NCBI GenBank assembly: GCA_050575255.1
Contig: JBNZDD010013573.1
Location: forward strand, 1,492,019-1,556,018
From: Harriotta raleighana
Lineage: Eukaryota
Reading direction: 5' to 3'
Length of the DNA stretch: 64,000 nt
Below are positions 25,861-39,679 of the stretch, one piece after another. Numbering within the stretch: position 1 is the first letter of the stretch; the number at the start of each line of letters is the position of its first letter. Made by a program: the position numbers and the translations under genes. The notes beneath the pieces are model-generated. The model did no database searches and was not told the DNA's origin. It was given only the letters and a program-made list of their open reading frames with translations.

Positions 25861-26894
25861 TTCGTCTTGTTCTTATGATTATTATTGTACAGTAGCATTG
25901 TTTTACTATGTCAAACATAGATTTGTCAAATGTATCACCGCTATAATGTTAAAGTTTGTATTCATAACAAAAAGTGTCAGAAAAATAATTGGAGCATGTT
26001 CTTCTATATAAAAGCTGATATTAAGAATGACAATTATTCAGAAATTACCATTTATATCAGGAAAGATGCTTAAAGCTACAAATTGGATACACGTAAAGTT
26101 GATGAAAATGATTTGCAATTTAAGTGGGTGGGATTTTCCAGGAGGTGTATATACAAAATGATTTCTTATGATAAAAGTACAGTCATTTTATAGTTACAGC
26201 TCAATTTAAGATTAAGCATATTTTTATAGCGATTAACCCAGAGTATAAAATGTATGAAATGCTCATTTACTTATAAGATCTCTCTCTCTCTCAACATTTA
26301 AATATCCTAAATTAATAGGATTGTGAAAACAACAACAAATTGGATTTATATAGTGTCCTCCACGCCGAACGGCGAATCAGAGCACTTCACAATAACGGAT
26401 CCTGGGGCCGAGCTAGGGGTGAAGGAGTGATAAGAGGTGTGAAAGTACATTTGTTGATGGATGATAAATAAAATCGTTTGAATGTTATCCTTTTCATTTT
26501 GCAAAACACTTCCAAGTTCAATAGGATGATGCTTTCCAATCTGTTGTATATTCTCCCAAAAGGACAACTAGCAGCTAAATGAGAAAATGTGTAACAATTA
26601 TATTGCTGTACTCATTGTACAGGCATTTTGTAAAAGATTTGGTAATAAATGCACAATCAATTTTTTAAAAATAATAATATTAGTGATTCACTCGCCAGTT
26701 GTACTGAGCATCAAATATTCCTCCGAGGAAAGTAGGGTTTAAATTAAACCATGAACTATTCATTTAGCCACAGGACTACAAGTTTTAGAGAGCAAGGAAG
26801 ACATTGGATTTCTGGATCAGATGGATGGATTTCTGGCACCTGGACTGTAAAAAATTGTATGAATGTACTTTCCAAAACAACTACATGTAAACTA

Positions 26895-27335
26895 CAGTAA
26901 AATTCCTTTAATCTGGCACTTGTTAGTCTGGAATGCTTTACAATCCGACAACTGCGACTGTCCATCTTTTTCCAATATGCGCATCTCTATGCGCATCTCT
27001 TCCGAGAGAGTCTTCACACTACTCGGTGCATTTTCCTAGGGGGCCAATCACTTACGCCATATTTAATAGGTGCACATGCGTGCGTTAATGAGTGCGCTCA
27101 CATGCGCAGTTTTTTTTCAAATTAACTTTCGGCGGGTGCATTGCCTCTTTAGGCGGCCCGCCTGCTCCGCCGGGATGGGAGAGTTCTGATTTTCGCTATA
27201 CAGGTATGTAACATAGATAAGTGCACAGCACACTCAAATCCTCCCCTCCCTAAGAGTATCGTCCAATAATCCGCCATATTTGCTAATCTGGCAACGACTA
27301 GGTCGCGAATATGCCGAATTATTGGAATTTTACTG
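26895..27335. mobile_element. TcMar-type MITE
   Basis: TA-cagtaaaattcc ... ggaattttactg-TA; CpG-rich interior. Confidence 0.85.
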
Positions 27336-27482
27336 TATTTATATTCAGACACAATCGATGCTTTCCACATTTGTAGATTTTTCTTGTGGTGGAGCTTTGT
27401 TAATACAATCTAAGAAATGCATTTGCCAATATTTTACCTCTGGTTTGAGATTTTGTCAACATTAACACATTTTAATGAGAAT

Positions 27483-27820
27483 AGTAATAATCCTTATATT
27501 GATATAGCCCCTTATCTCATCTTCGAGATGTTTCAAAGTGCTTTGCAGAATATACTGTAAAGTGAATTGACCGTATATTTTGTAGATGAAACGTGGGGGC
27601 CAATTGCACAAGCACTGTATCAACACTCGTGGATTGATTGATTGATTTTATTTTGAAGGAATTATTACCCCAGAAACACAATCTACCAATCAACTCCATA
27701 CTGCTAGGTAAACAGAGGCACGTGGAATAAGAAAAGTTGCCTAAGTTTTCTCTCTCCTGGGAATCAAACCTAGGTCTGTCGCTTGCGAGGCGAACACTCT
27801 TACCAGTGAGCTATAGGATT
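27483..27820 (-). mobile_element. Near full-length tRNA-SINE
   Basis: Tail at 27483; reverse head gggaatcaaacctaggtc..ccagtgagctata. Confidence 0.85.
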
Positions 27821-29407
27821 CCACCGAACATGTCCATCCAGGAGCAATTTGTGCTGAATTGGCAGCTGTTGGGTTGACACTCAATAACGGTGTGCGCAAA
27901 ACAAAAGGAAAGCTATTAGCTGCAATTAAGTTATTGGACATTGAAAACCAATTACAGTCCTTAGGGATAGAGCATTTGATCTGCAAAGCTGTTTTTCCAG
28001 GGAATGAGAAAAGGTTTTACAACAAGTCTTCCAAAAATCTTCCAACCTGCAAAATCAATGAAACCTACAGTAGGTATAGCGTCTTTCATGTGGGAAGATA
28101 ACTCAAAATGTTTCATGGAATATGTGACAAAGTAGAGTGATAATTTTGTTGCAATTGCCTACAAATAATTCTAATTGTGATTTGCCATACATTCTTTCTC
28201 CTTTAACATTTGAACATGATATTAAGTCAGAACCAAATGCGAATGAACTACAATTACACAGGAACATAGGAACAGGAGCAGACCACTCAGCCCTTCAAGC
28301 CATTAAATTAGATCATGGCTGATCTCTAACTTCACATAATCCTTTCATTTCCAATTTCCCACTTTCTAAAATAACAAGAGGATTGAACATCTGTTCTCAG
28401 TGCATTAGGGATGAGGGTTAACTTGTACCATTACACTCCCTTCAGGATTAACGTGTTTTAAGATAGATCGATACACTGTTCACCATGATCTTCAACAGCT
28501 TACAACAGAGGAGTCATTTCACGCAATATAATAATTGTTGGAAATCTATGTCATCAGCTTGAATTTTAAAATTCTGCTCAGAAATTATTATCCAACACAA
28601 TGTGAAAAGCAATTTGGAACAAGGAACGTTTAGAACTGATGGACTGTATTCCTAAAATATAGTCTAGCAACACCTAAAGGACACAGCAAATCTATGAACC
28701 AATTTTCTTTTTTGCTGCTATTCTATGCAGACTGCCTTTAACCACACAGAATTGCTTGCAATACACAGGTTAAAGTAAAAGATCTCCTTTATTTATAATC
28801 TAATAACAGTCAGCTTCACCATTGCATCTATTTGTTCCTTTCACCTGTACAAGAGTACCCAAGAGCAATCTTCTCTCATGTCTTGTTTTGCCACAACTGT
28901 ACAGACAGCAGCATCAGCTATTATGATTCAGAAAGAAACAGAGTTTGTTGCTATCAACACACATATGTGCAAGATCATGCTCAATGCATTTATTTATTAT
29001 AAAACTTTGGGCACTTGGCTTCCAAACTCTGACATGGTTGGCTTGTAGCAAGGCTGGCCAGCCAACTATGTAATCATCAGCAAAAAAATCAAAGCTGCTG
29101 GTTCCTGTATTATACACATCACTTAACATCCATCAGATACTTTCCATTTGAATAGGTCAGCTTTGGACTTCAGGTCTTTTTGATAGTTTTCAATTTACTG
29201 TCCTCCTTCCTTAAGTCAGGAATTAGTGCTGGCTATGATTTCATGGATGGCATTCTTCAATGTGTTGGCAGGTTATTCAACTGTGGAAGTTCACAGTATC
29301 CAATCCTGTTCTCATCCCACAGTCCTGACTGACATCAGTTAAGATAACACAGACATGGGATTGAGATAGTGCATGCGAGAGTAAGCAAAGCATATCCATT
29401 TTTTATA

Positions 29408-30567
29408 CAGAGTAAAAGCCCGTTTATCTGTGACCTGATCAAATGTAACTTCCGAATAACCGGCACCTCAAAAAAAAAGGTCCCCATTCGAAAAATCGGA
29501 TCTTATCAGCACAATCGTGGTGGTGCATTTAATGAGTCAATTGTCGCACGTGAGTTCTGACTGCTGCCGGTAGTGGCACTTCCGTTTTTTCCACTTAAAG
29601 TGGCACTGTCAGTTTTTACTCTCCCTTTCTCTTTCTTTTTCTCTCTCTCCCATTTTTTTTCCCTCTCTCTCCCTATCCTTCCTTCCTCTCTATCTCTCCC
29701 TCTTCCTTTCTATCTCTCCCTCTCTTTCTATCTCTCCCTCTCTCTTTCTACTTCTCCCTCNNNNNNNNNNNNNNNNNNNNNNNNNNNNNNNNNNNNNNNN
29801 NNNNNNNNNNNNNNNNNNNNNNNNNNNNNNNNNNNNNNNNNNNNNNNNNNNNNNNNNNNNNNNNNNNNNNNNNNNNNNNNNNNNNNNNNNNNNNNNNNNN
29901 NNNNNNNNNNNNNNNNNNNNNNNNNNNNNNNNNNNNNNNNNNNNNNNNNNNNNNNNNNNNNNNNNNNNNNNNNNNNNNNNNNNNNNNNNNNNNNNNNNAT
30001 AATACGTATTGCATGTATAGCCTGACTGTATTGTGGGTTTATACAGAGTTTTGGTGGGGGGTGAGGTGGGAGAAGGAGAGAGAAGCAGGGAGAGAGGGGA
30101 TGGGGTGAAAGAGGGAAAGAGTGGGGGAGAAAGAAAGAGGAGTGGGAGGGGGAGAGAGAGGGTGGAGGAGAAGAGGGGAGAGAGAGGGGGGTGAGTTGAT
30201 TAATTTAGATGGAAAATGAGATGAGTGGAGGGGGTTGGGTTTGGAACCATTGAGATGCTGACTTAGTGTGCATGAAAGGGGGGAAGGAGAGAACAAAAGA
30301 AAAAAAAGGAAAAACAACAGTGCCGCTTTAAGAGGAAAAAACTCTTCCATCCGCCATTGTAGAAGTTTGCTTGTGTTTGTGTGCTGTGTTTATGAACTGT
30401 AATCGATATTCTGTTATTATTTAGTTTACTATTAATATGATCTGATTAAAAAAAAGCGAATTATTTGTATTGGGTTTTCGGCGTCGGATATTCAACTGAA
30501 TATCCGGGATGCCGTTTAACCAACATTGGCCAGGTCCCGAGGGTGCCAGATAAATGGGCTTTTACTG
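29408..30567. mobile_element. TcMar-type MITE, family 1, with expanded CT/GA-rich interior spanning a gap
   Basis: TA-cag(ag)taaaagcccgtttatc ... gataaatgggcttttactg-TA. Confidence 0.8.
29761..29998. other. Assembly gap
   Basis: Run of N. Confidence 1.
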
Positions 30568-30751
30568 TATAAAGGACAGCCGCACAACTGCAATGAGCTC
30601 CCAACATTAAGGTGAAATCTAAGGCGAATAAACCATTTATATGATGAGTCAGGCCACTTTCTGACTAGATTTGAGCAAAATCCGCAGCCATAGCCTACAA
30701 CAACATTTTGAGTTTTAACACCTGAGGTTTGCAATGCGGAAAAACAAGGAT

Positions 30752-31720
30752 TAAGAACATAAGAAATACGAGTAGGAGTAGGCCATTTGGCCTCTCGAGC
30801 CTGCCTAGCCATTTAATAAGATGTTGGCTGGTCTTCTATCCTAATTCCATTTATTTACACTATCCCCATATCCCTTAATCCCTTTAGCTTTTAAAATACT
30901 ATCAATCTCAGTCCTGAATTGACAGCCTTCTGGGGTAGAGAATTCCATAAATTCACTACCCTCTGAGTGAAGAATTGTTTTCTCAAAGGCTGACATTTAA
31001 CCTTGAAACTATGACCTCTAGTTTTAGATTCTCCAACCAGGGGAAACACTATCTCACAATATCTATCCTGTCAGGACACTTAAGAATCTTATAGGTTTCT
31101 ATAATATTGCCTCTAATTCTTCTGTATTCTAGAGAATATAGGCCTAGTTTACTCAACCTATCCTCATAGGTCAACCTTCTCATTCCAGGTACCAACCTAG
31201 TGAATCTACACTGTACCCCCTCTAAGGTGAGTATAAGCTTTCTTAAATAAGGAGACCAAAACTACACACAAGATTCTAGGTCCAATCTCACCTAGGTCCA
31301 AGCCCCTATACAATTGCAGCAAGACTTCCTTACTCTTATACAGTACTCTAAACCCTCTGCAATTAATCTAACATGCAATGAACGCTAACATTAGCCTTTC
31401 TAATTGCTTGCTGTANCATTAGCCTTTCTTATTGCATAATATCTTTCTTTGATTGGTGTACAAGGACACTTAAATCCCACTGAATACTAACACTATCTAG
31501 TCTCTCCCCTGCTAGAAAATAATTTGTTTTTCTATTTTTTCTACCTAGGTGAATAACTTCACACTTTCCCATATTATACTCCATTTGCCACCTTCTTGCC
31601 CACTCACTTAACCTGTCTATATCCATTTGCATCCTCCTTGTGTTCTCCGCACAGCTTACTTTCCCACCTAGCTTTGTATCGTCTGTGAATTTAGATACAG
31701 TAAACTCTTTTCTTACCTAA
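30752..31720 (-). mobile_element. CR1 3' ~1 kb
   Basis: ORF 31429..31632 DIDRLSEWARRWQMEYNMGKCEVIHLG; reverse tail taagaacataagaaat. Confidence 0.92.
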
Positions 31721-31899
31721 GTAATTGATGTTTGATCTACATACATTGTTTTACAATGTTCACCATCCTTCAAAAGATTCTGTATGGTAAAATCTACAGG
31801 TAAACAGTACAAGGCAGCACTTAGAATTGTGCTCAGTTAATTTACCTCAGTCAGTTTAGTAGTAGACTACTTCTTGTCTGCTCATCATCTGGATGTGTG

Positions 31900-33170
31900 G
31901 TCTATGCACCAAATACTTCTGCTGGGTACTTCCTACAATTAGGCTTAAAATATCAGCTGAACCAAAAAAAAAGGAGGAAAACAGCCAAAAATCACTATCC
32001 ACTAATTTCTCCTGGGAACTGCGTATATGTGGACATTGGGTAAGTCAGTATTTCCTGAAACAGCAAAAACACATTCTGTGCAAAACTGACAAAATGGCTA
32101 AATACACCAACTCAAGCCATTTAAAATTAAACTTACAAACAATTGTTTTTCAAGTGTGCACAAGATAAATACAGTATTGCAAAAAAATTGACATTTTCCT
32201 TCTAATATAGGATTGTAGGAATTCCTCATACTCAAGTGATTAAATACCTACTTAACCATGAAAATAATACATTGTTGTCCTATGTCGGATAATGCTTCCC
32301 AAAATGCATCATCCGACAATGATTTTCAGATAACTATCTTAAATTGTGCATAAACCACACAAATGTATGAAGAATATAGGAAATATTTGTATTCATTAAA
32401 AAAATCTACTCAATTAATGTAATCTATATTCCATGCCCACACCTGTCCTCATTGAGTTACAAAGATATACATTCATGGATAGAACTCCTTGCTATGGCTG
32501 AGAATGTGTATTGCATTCACTATCAATGTAAGAAAATGACTTACAATTGTGTTATTGGAGGGGATATTTCAGAATGCATTACTAACACCATTCCTCAAAT
32601 AAGAAATGAAATACATTTAAAATTGCAGCATGTTTGATCTATCATAAAACATGCAGGAAGTTCACTTCAAACCGCGAAAAAAAAATTACTTACATTGATC
32701 AAGCGACTCATCTGAATCATCAAGACAGTCTGGTTCACCATCACACAGCCAGCTCAGTGAAATACAGGTCATCTGATCATTGCAAAGAAACTCTGTTGGT
32801 CCACATAGTTTGTGGTCTATCAAATTAAAGAACAAAAAATACATAAATCCATATGTTCAATTTAGTAGCTAAATATTAATCTTTGAATTTTTAATCCAAT
32901 AACAACATTTGTCACCCACAAAATATACAATTAATTCACTTTACAGTATATTCTGCAATGCGCTTTGTGACTCTCGAAGATAGGTTAGGGCACTATATCA
33001 AAAGCAAGGATAATTTTTTTTTATAAAACCGAACTTGAAAGTTTGCATATCTCCAAAAATACAGATATCCAAATCACTCGGCTTAAAAATGTTGAATAAA
33101 TCCTTGATTTCTTGATTTCTTGATTTTCATTGCAGGTTTTATTGTAGCTGATCCTGTGACAATGCATAGT
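31900..33170 (+). mobile_element. Gypsy pol relic I (RT-RNaseH)
   Basis: WVLPTI ~31923, ELRICGH ~32016, KLNL...FQV ~32125, GL*EFL ~32210, KDIHSW ~32461, KETL..IVCGL ~32785, IAG.IVADP ~33130. Confidence 0.65.
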
Positions 33171-34699
33171 TTTCACATGTTTTAATTAAAATCAAGGTAT
33201 AAGTCAGGTATTTGAATTTTGTATTGACCTTTATGATTAGTCACAATTCTATTACAACATCACAAGCTGTAATTTTGCAGTGTTCTCTCAAAAATAAATA
33301 GTTCTTCAAAAAAATTAACACATAATCAAAAACGTTTTAAACTAATTTATTGTAAATAACATCCTGTAAACAAATACTGATTTCAGAGTCCCAATGTGGC
33401 GACTACGAAATAATTCAGAATAATACTTAATGCATATAAAATAATAAACACAAGTTGTTCTAAATAAAAGAATAAATATAAAACTATTTCAAAATATCTG
33501 CTTTGAACTTCTCTCAAAATAACCCAAATAAATTCAATACAATTGTAAATTTCATGTAATGTTTTCAACCTATTCCACTTAACTTCAATAAAGACAGAAC
33601 GAGAATGAAGAACAGGAAAGAAAATGTGTTGTGTAGAGAAGGTAATTGGATGAAAACTGTTCCATCAGCCACACTGATGAAAATTGCTTGAATTTGTTTG
33701 TTAATAAATTTAAAAGTTGTAGTACGATAGAAATATTTGAACAGTTAAAAGAGATTTGGATTAATTCTTGAATAGGTAAAGAGATGCCAGCTACCTGCAT
33801 TCTGAACATTTTGTTTCAAATAATTTCGAATCAAATATTTCAAATATTGCCAACATCCAATTCTAATTGGCATTTTTTTTTACCACCGATGCAGAAAGTC
33901 CACATTTCATTTTTTTTTAAAATCCATTGTGTAACATTGATATATACAAAAGTTCTCTAATAATCCATCAACATCAGACTTGTCATAATGGAAAAGTTTA
34001 TGTTGTATCCAGTTTCTGCTGACAGTGATTTGTCTATTCTTCCATCAGTTTTTTCACAAGGTTTATAGCAAAATCCAAACAAACATAACTTCGATTGCAT
34101 TTACCTAAATTTTTCCACTGCTCCGATTTTAATACAAAAATTTGAGGAAAAGGGCTAAGATCGAAATCATCAATTTCCATTGCAGAGATTGTGAATTTTA
34201 TAATTATATCTAGATTGAGTGCTGCAATTCTGATCACTATTTTTTTCATTCAAGCTACTCTTTAACTTGACAGAGCAAACATTCTCACAGGCGTGTCTGC
34301 TCATTTCATAAATGGCTAATTCTATGAGCAGTTTCCATTATAAACTAAAGAAGCCTCAAGAGCATGGATTATCTAATTCAATAATGTTCCTGCACAGGTT
34401 CAATCAATTTCTTTTATAACTCAAGATCACAATGCTATAGTTCATAAATAACTAATGGTATTATTAATCTCATCAGCTAAATGATATAAATTGTCCAATT
34501 TTTAATCTTTTTTTTCCTCCTATCATTTTTAAGCAACAACAACAACACTACATTTGTATAGCGCCTTTCATGTCAGGTGGACTTCCCAAGCCACTGGACT
34601 GTTACTGCACTATTATGAAAAGGGGAAAAGTCAAATGGTACCATCATCAAGTGGTTAACTTTGAATCTTCCTGGTCAGTATGACTATGTACTATTGTTT

Positions 34700-35055
34700 T
34701 CCTGTGGCTCAGTCAGCAGAACTTTCACCTTGGGTTCAAAAGGTTATGGTTTAAGATTAGGTATTGAGATCACAAACCCAATCAGTGCAGTGCTGGAGTT
34801 GTGTTTCTCAGGAGATATTAACTGAGGTCTGCCTCCCTGTTTTTAGACGGATATTAAACATGAAATTAAAGTAACAGAGAAACTAATTTCTCCTTGTGTT
34901 ATAGTCACAATCTCTCCTCAAATTAATTCACCTTGTGCCAATGCAAATGGCGGACACATTTTCTGACACAATTGCACTTGACAAGGATTGCTTGTGAGGT
35001 GGCTTTCAGTCTCTTCAGCACTGATGAGGCACATATATCAAAATGCAAGTTATTT
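34700..35055 (+). mobile_element. Old tRNA-SINE
   Basis: tgtggctcagtcagcagaactttcacc head; tail gcacatatatcaaaatgcaagt. Confidence 0.55.
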
Positions 35056-35809
35056 TTTCCATGGTTTGTCATTGAAAAATGAGAAGTATTCCCACTTGTG
35101 CAGAGCTGTTCTTTGCAGGATTGACTAGATTTATATCCACTGGGTCTTTGTGTAATAAAATCCCTAACATTTCTAACTCAGCGAGTGGCAACTTGAAAGG
35201 ATATCTTTGATATGATACTTATTGGAAACAGCCAAGGTTCAAACTTGACCCAGTTAAACTGAATAACTAGATGCAGAAACAAAATCTTCAAAAAGTAAAA
35301 GATTATTTGGATGATCCCACGAGAGTAATCTATCATCAATGTATATCAACAACGTATATCCTCTGGGCTACACTTTGTACAATGATGTTATTGCAAATAA
35401 TATCAGTAGTACAATATTAACCAGAAGTGACTCTGTGGTTTCTAGTCTTGTTCTGCCACATATGCTGCAATGAAAAGTTGTTGTTTTTGCATCCAATAAC
35501 ATTCACTCCATGCCAAACTTCACCAAACTGTTCCAACAGGAATCTGCACGCTAACCTGTCAAATGGATTCTTATTTGAATTTGATGACTGCTTCTTGAGC
35601 TTATTCAGTTGCCCCGATCCAAGATTCTCAAAAGCTGTGATTTGCATCACTGTTTCCCATATTGAGTTATTTATGGGGAGTTCAGAATTTCAAACAAATA
35701 TTCTGTTGTAAAATCCATTAGCATAAAGTTGGTTGATATAGATTCAAATATTGATTCAAAGTGACTTTTCTCTCATAGCTGTAAAATGGTCAGAAGTTTG
35801 TCGTTTTGT

Positions 35810-36172
35810 AGGATAATGGTTTGAGCGCTCGCCCTCAAGTGAGAAGACCTGAGTTTGATTCCTGCGCAGAGCAAAATATTAGGGCTAGTTTCCTTACTTC
35901 ACTTACCTCTGTTAGCCTAGCAATAAGTAGGAAACCAGTTGTTAGTCAGTTGTTAATGGATGGCTTTCTTGGGAGAAATAATTATTTCCAAAAATAACAA
36001 TAAATCGGTCATTCAATCCACAACTGTTTGTGGGTCATTGCTGTGCTCAATTGGCTGCCATATTTCACAAAATATACAATCCATTCATTTTACAGTATTT
36101 TCTGTGAAGCACTTTGAGAGATCTCAAAGATGTCCTAAAGCACTGTATCAAATGTAAAAAATATTATTATTA
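35810..36172 (+). mobile_element. Near full-length tRNA-SINE
   Basis: Pol III A/B-like taggataatgg..gagtttgattcctg; tail gcactgtatcaaatgtaa..(tta)n. Confidence 0.8.
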
Positions 36173-36239
36173 CTAAGTTAGTGAAGTTGCAACATGATTC
36201 TGAGTGGAAGCAAAGTTTGTGTCCAATCCTTTCAATCTC

Positions 36240-36853
36240 TGTTTTTTTTACCCAGATAGGTGTTACAGTCTGGAATGCACTGTCCGAATGTATGGTGGAA
36301 GCAGATTTGATAACACAGTAGCTTTCAAAAGAGAATTGGCTACATACAGTAAAACCTTGTTTATCTGTTACCCAACCAAATGGCATACTCAACCAACTAG
36401 TGTCTCCCAACACAATTCATCATTCTAGCAACCGGATCTCATCCCATAGCCATCCGGGACATTTGCGGTACTTTGCATATGTGTGCAATGCGTGCACATG
36501 GTACTTCTTAAACTTAACGAACGCTGGAATCTTTTTTACTGATCATTTTACTGAGTGTGCTGGAATGCTTTATTGGTAAGTATCCATACTAAGTATCCAT
36601 ATTAATATGGTATGTTTTAAAATAAGTTGGATTTTCGACAACTTGCCACTTGAATATCCGGCATATTTGAATAATCGGCATCGGTCAGGTCCTGAGGGTG
36701 CCAGATAACAAAGATTTTACTGTACTTAAAAAGGTAAAAAGAGTTACGGGGTAAGAGCAGGTGATCGGGATTAGTTGGTAGCTCTTTTAAAGAGCTGGCA
36801 CAGGCACAATGCACCAAATGGCCTCCTGTGCTGTAAAATTCTATGATTCTATG
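36240..36853 (+). mobile_element. CR1 3' end interrupted by a MITE
   Basis: ttacccagataggtg..tggaatgcactg..; tail tggcctcctgtgctgtaaaattctatgattctatg. Confidence 0.8.
36347..36722. mobile_element. TcMar-type MITE
   Basis: TA-cagtaaaaccttgtttatctg ... cagataacaaagattttactg-TA. Confidence 0.85.
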
Positions 36854-38459
36854 ATCTGCTTGGGCTTTCAATCCTTCGCTGAGTCGGGGAGTAAAATTCA
36901 ATCATGTTTAGAAAAACATTTTTTTATGCCAGAAATCCTGGCTGAATAGGGAAAAGGAGGAATATATATATATATATATATGATATTGACACTGACATAG
37001 GTTGCAAATATATATATAAATATATATACAAAGGAAAATGAGAACCCCAGAGAGAAATGATTTGAGCAATTTGATGGAACATCGTTTTTGAACACAAAAA
37101 AAGTCTTCACGTAGACGAAAATAAATGAAATAAATTGAGAGAGCTTGTTGAAAGGAAAGTAAAAAGGGTGGAAAACAGTACAAATCAGCAACCTTAAAGC
37201 TACAGATGGCTAGCCATCCAAGTTCTAAATACAAATAAGGAGGTCAACAGGTTCACTGGATTTGAAAGGAACCTGGAGAGAAGATTAAATTGCAGTTATT
37301 TATCAAAAGAATGAATGCACCAAATGAGTTTTGCTTAAATGGGCTATGCAAACCAGCTTGAATTAAACGTATAATCTTACATAACCAATAACCCAATTTT
37401 ATAACTGAGAATAGTGCTCATTTTAAATAGCAGAGTTCCATCTTAAATCATTGAAACACATTTGAATCAAGCAAGCAATATCAGGTTCCTTTTCCTTTCC
37501 TTAGATTTGATTGAAGGAAATAGTATCAGAGGCGTGATTGGAGCAATGTCTTCAGCAACGTTCTCCCACTAGCTCTCCATCTCTCCTGATTTAAATCCCA
37601 ACCTTAAGCACTTTGGAATGTCGATAAGATGTGGAAAGCGCTATATAAATCTAAATATTATTATTATTATTAATATCCACCTCTTGGACCATGCCCTTTC
37701 CCCTCCTTGGCTCAGCATCAAACACTGCATATGAAGTACTGTTAGATGATATCTCGTGCAGATGAATTCCATTAAAGCTAGACATTGTTGTTGAAAACAT
37801 GAACAACGATAGATACATGCATTTATAGATTGTCCTTTATTCCAGAAGGCGTCTCAGAGCGCTTATGAAGTTCAAAAGGCTTTAAAGAAAATATAATTTA
37901 AGATATCAACAGGGAACACAACGAAACCAAGTACTGTACTATGAAATATTTGAAGATATACTAAAGAGCTGGATAGCTCAAGGGAAATTTAAAAAATTAT
38001 AATTGCAAAAGTATTTTCACATGATATGCTTTATGCAATATGGACCTTAACAATCAAATAAAAGGAGTCCTGAGAGTAATAAGCTTTAATACAATATATT
38101 TGTTTGAAAGAATCAATATTCCTAAAAGGCAATGCGGAAAAATGCCTGAGTTAAAAGAGTTTTGGGGAGCGAATACTATTTTAAAGTGAGATGCACACTG
38201 GTCTGTGTCTCCCTGTATTTTTGTATTGTAATAATGGTTGATTATACTGATATCTGTAAACACAAATATGTCAGTTTTTTGTAAAGGTTTTCCTCACTCT
38301 GAAGCTAATGAGGCGCTTGAAGTGAAACTTTACAACCCCTTCTAGTTACATTCTCGAGTACCGAAAGAGCAATATTTAAAGCACACAGGTTGCGAATAAT
38401 TCTGTCAGTATGATCCACACAACCCTTCCATGCAGGACATAGAAAACTGCAGAAAGAAT

Positions 38460-38715
38460 ATTAATAATCCTTGCATTTGATAAAGCGATTTTCACATGTT
38501 GTAGTGCTTCACAGAATTTACAGTAAACTGAATTGACTATATATGTGGGCGAAACATAGCAGCTGAGTCCCACAAACAGTCGTGGATTGAAATGACCAAT
38601 CTATTATTTTTTTCGAGGGATTATTATCAGGCGTGTGGAGGAAGAAAACTTGCCCAATGTTTTGCCCTGCTGGGAATTGAACCCAGGTGCTCTAACCACT
38701 GAGTTACAGGACTCC
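38460..38715 (-). mobile_element. tRNA-SINE
   Basis: Tail aataatccttgcatttgat; reverse head gggaattgaacccagg..ccactgagttacagg. Confidence 0.85.
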
Positions 38716-39679
38716 ACAAATAAATAACACACAAAATTTCCCCCATTCACCAGCTGTGAAGTAAGCCTCAAAGTAATAAACAAATGGTCATTTGACATAA
38801 ACTAGGCTTATACTGTTCGATTGATTAAGTTTGCCTTTGTTCTCAAATAATTGAAGTGAAACAGGTAAAGATAAAAAGCTACTACTGCTGGGGATAATAA
38901 GCACATGAGTTTTTGATCCCTTGATGTTTTATACACATACACATACAAAGCAAATGATTGCAAAGAGAGCTGAACGTCAAGTGAATAATACTAAGGCTGG
39001 TGACAAGTGAATGATAATGAAGATAAATAACTTGTGAGAGCTAAAAAGTGATGACTCACAATGAGATTTACTAATTGCAAACTACTTCGTCAAACTAATT
39101 GCAAACCACCAGTTTCAGTTAAAGTCCTGTCACAGAATTCCATTGATAAAAAGTTCTGTTTCGATCAAATGGAAGAAAATAATTTACAGATACTTTTTTG
39201 TTCTTCTTCCGATATCCAATACTTTCCATCTTATTATGAGTTCTGATTATATTTGCGAGGTGTTGTTTTGAATTTCCGACATTTTTGGCTTTTCCCAAAA
39301 GGGTAATCAATAACCAGTAAAGATTGCCATGAGGACATGTGGTTGAGACTAGGATATTGGACTCATTTAAAAATCATCTTGATACTGCGATGGAAGAACG
39401 ATTGGGTTGGTATTCAGGAAAGATTAGATTAGATAGCCTTTTTCATTAGATTTAATTTGCAAGGCCATTTTGAAAGAATGGGGAGAGGGACTAATTCATT
39501 GGCTCTTTCAAAAGGCCGACACAGTCAAAATTATCTGAATGGTCCGCTTCTGTGTTGTGGGATTCATTGCTGAGACAACTACAATCTCAGTTACTCCTGC
39601 ACAAGATTTGCAAGCTGCAGAGCACTCGTCAATCTAATTAATGGCACTTTGAATACCAAAGGCCATGCAATCAATGAAT

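Larger units (their letters stand above)
25980..30750 (+). mobile_element. Gypsy pol relic H (PR-RT-RNaseH-INT), multiply interrupted
   Basis: GACSSI ~25991, HQIFL.EESR ~26710, APGL ~26836, GLTLN ~27871, FMWED ~28085, CDLPY ~28176, AAILCRLPL ~28713, GHL..WPAN..KKIK ~29010-29095, LDF-GLFD ~29164, GI..H.RV..YP[MITE]KGQ 29355-30580. Confidence 0.75.
33400..38370 (-). mobile_element. L1-clade ORF2 relic 1 (APE-RT-C-terminal Cys region), interrupted
   Basis: KTDIF.LQ ~38275, GILILSNK ~38115, SNHAS ~37540, YQPT ~35735, PFDRLACRFL..KFGM ~35560, YIDDRLL ~35340, NWVKFE ~35250, MLGI ~35165, DFLHR ~33895, CSEC..FNC ~33805-33740. Confidence 0.75.

Noticed and set aside
29573-30350. Long ORFs 29573..30025, 29748..30014 and 30039..30350 (also 44498..45004)
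   Set aside because: Open only because of N runs or low-complexity CT/GA sequence
39050-39330. L1 ORF1 C-terminal reading (PR..IIRTHN..KVL)
   Set aside because: Upstream DNA at 40400-41700 reads as ORF2 RT, so this is more simply the ORF2 3' part; the ambiguity remains and should be tested
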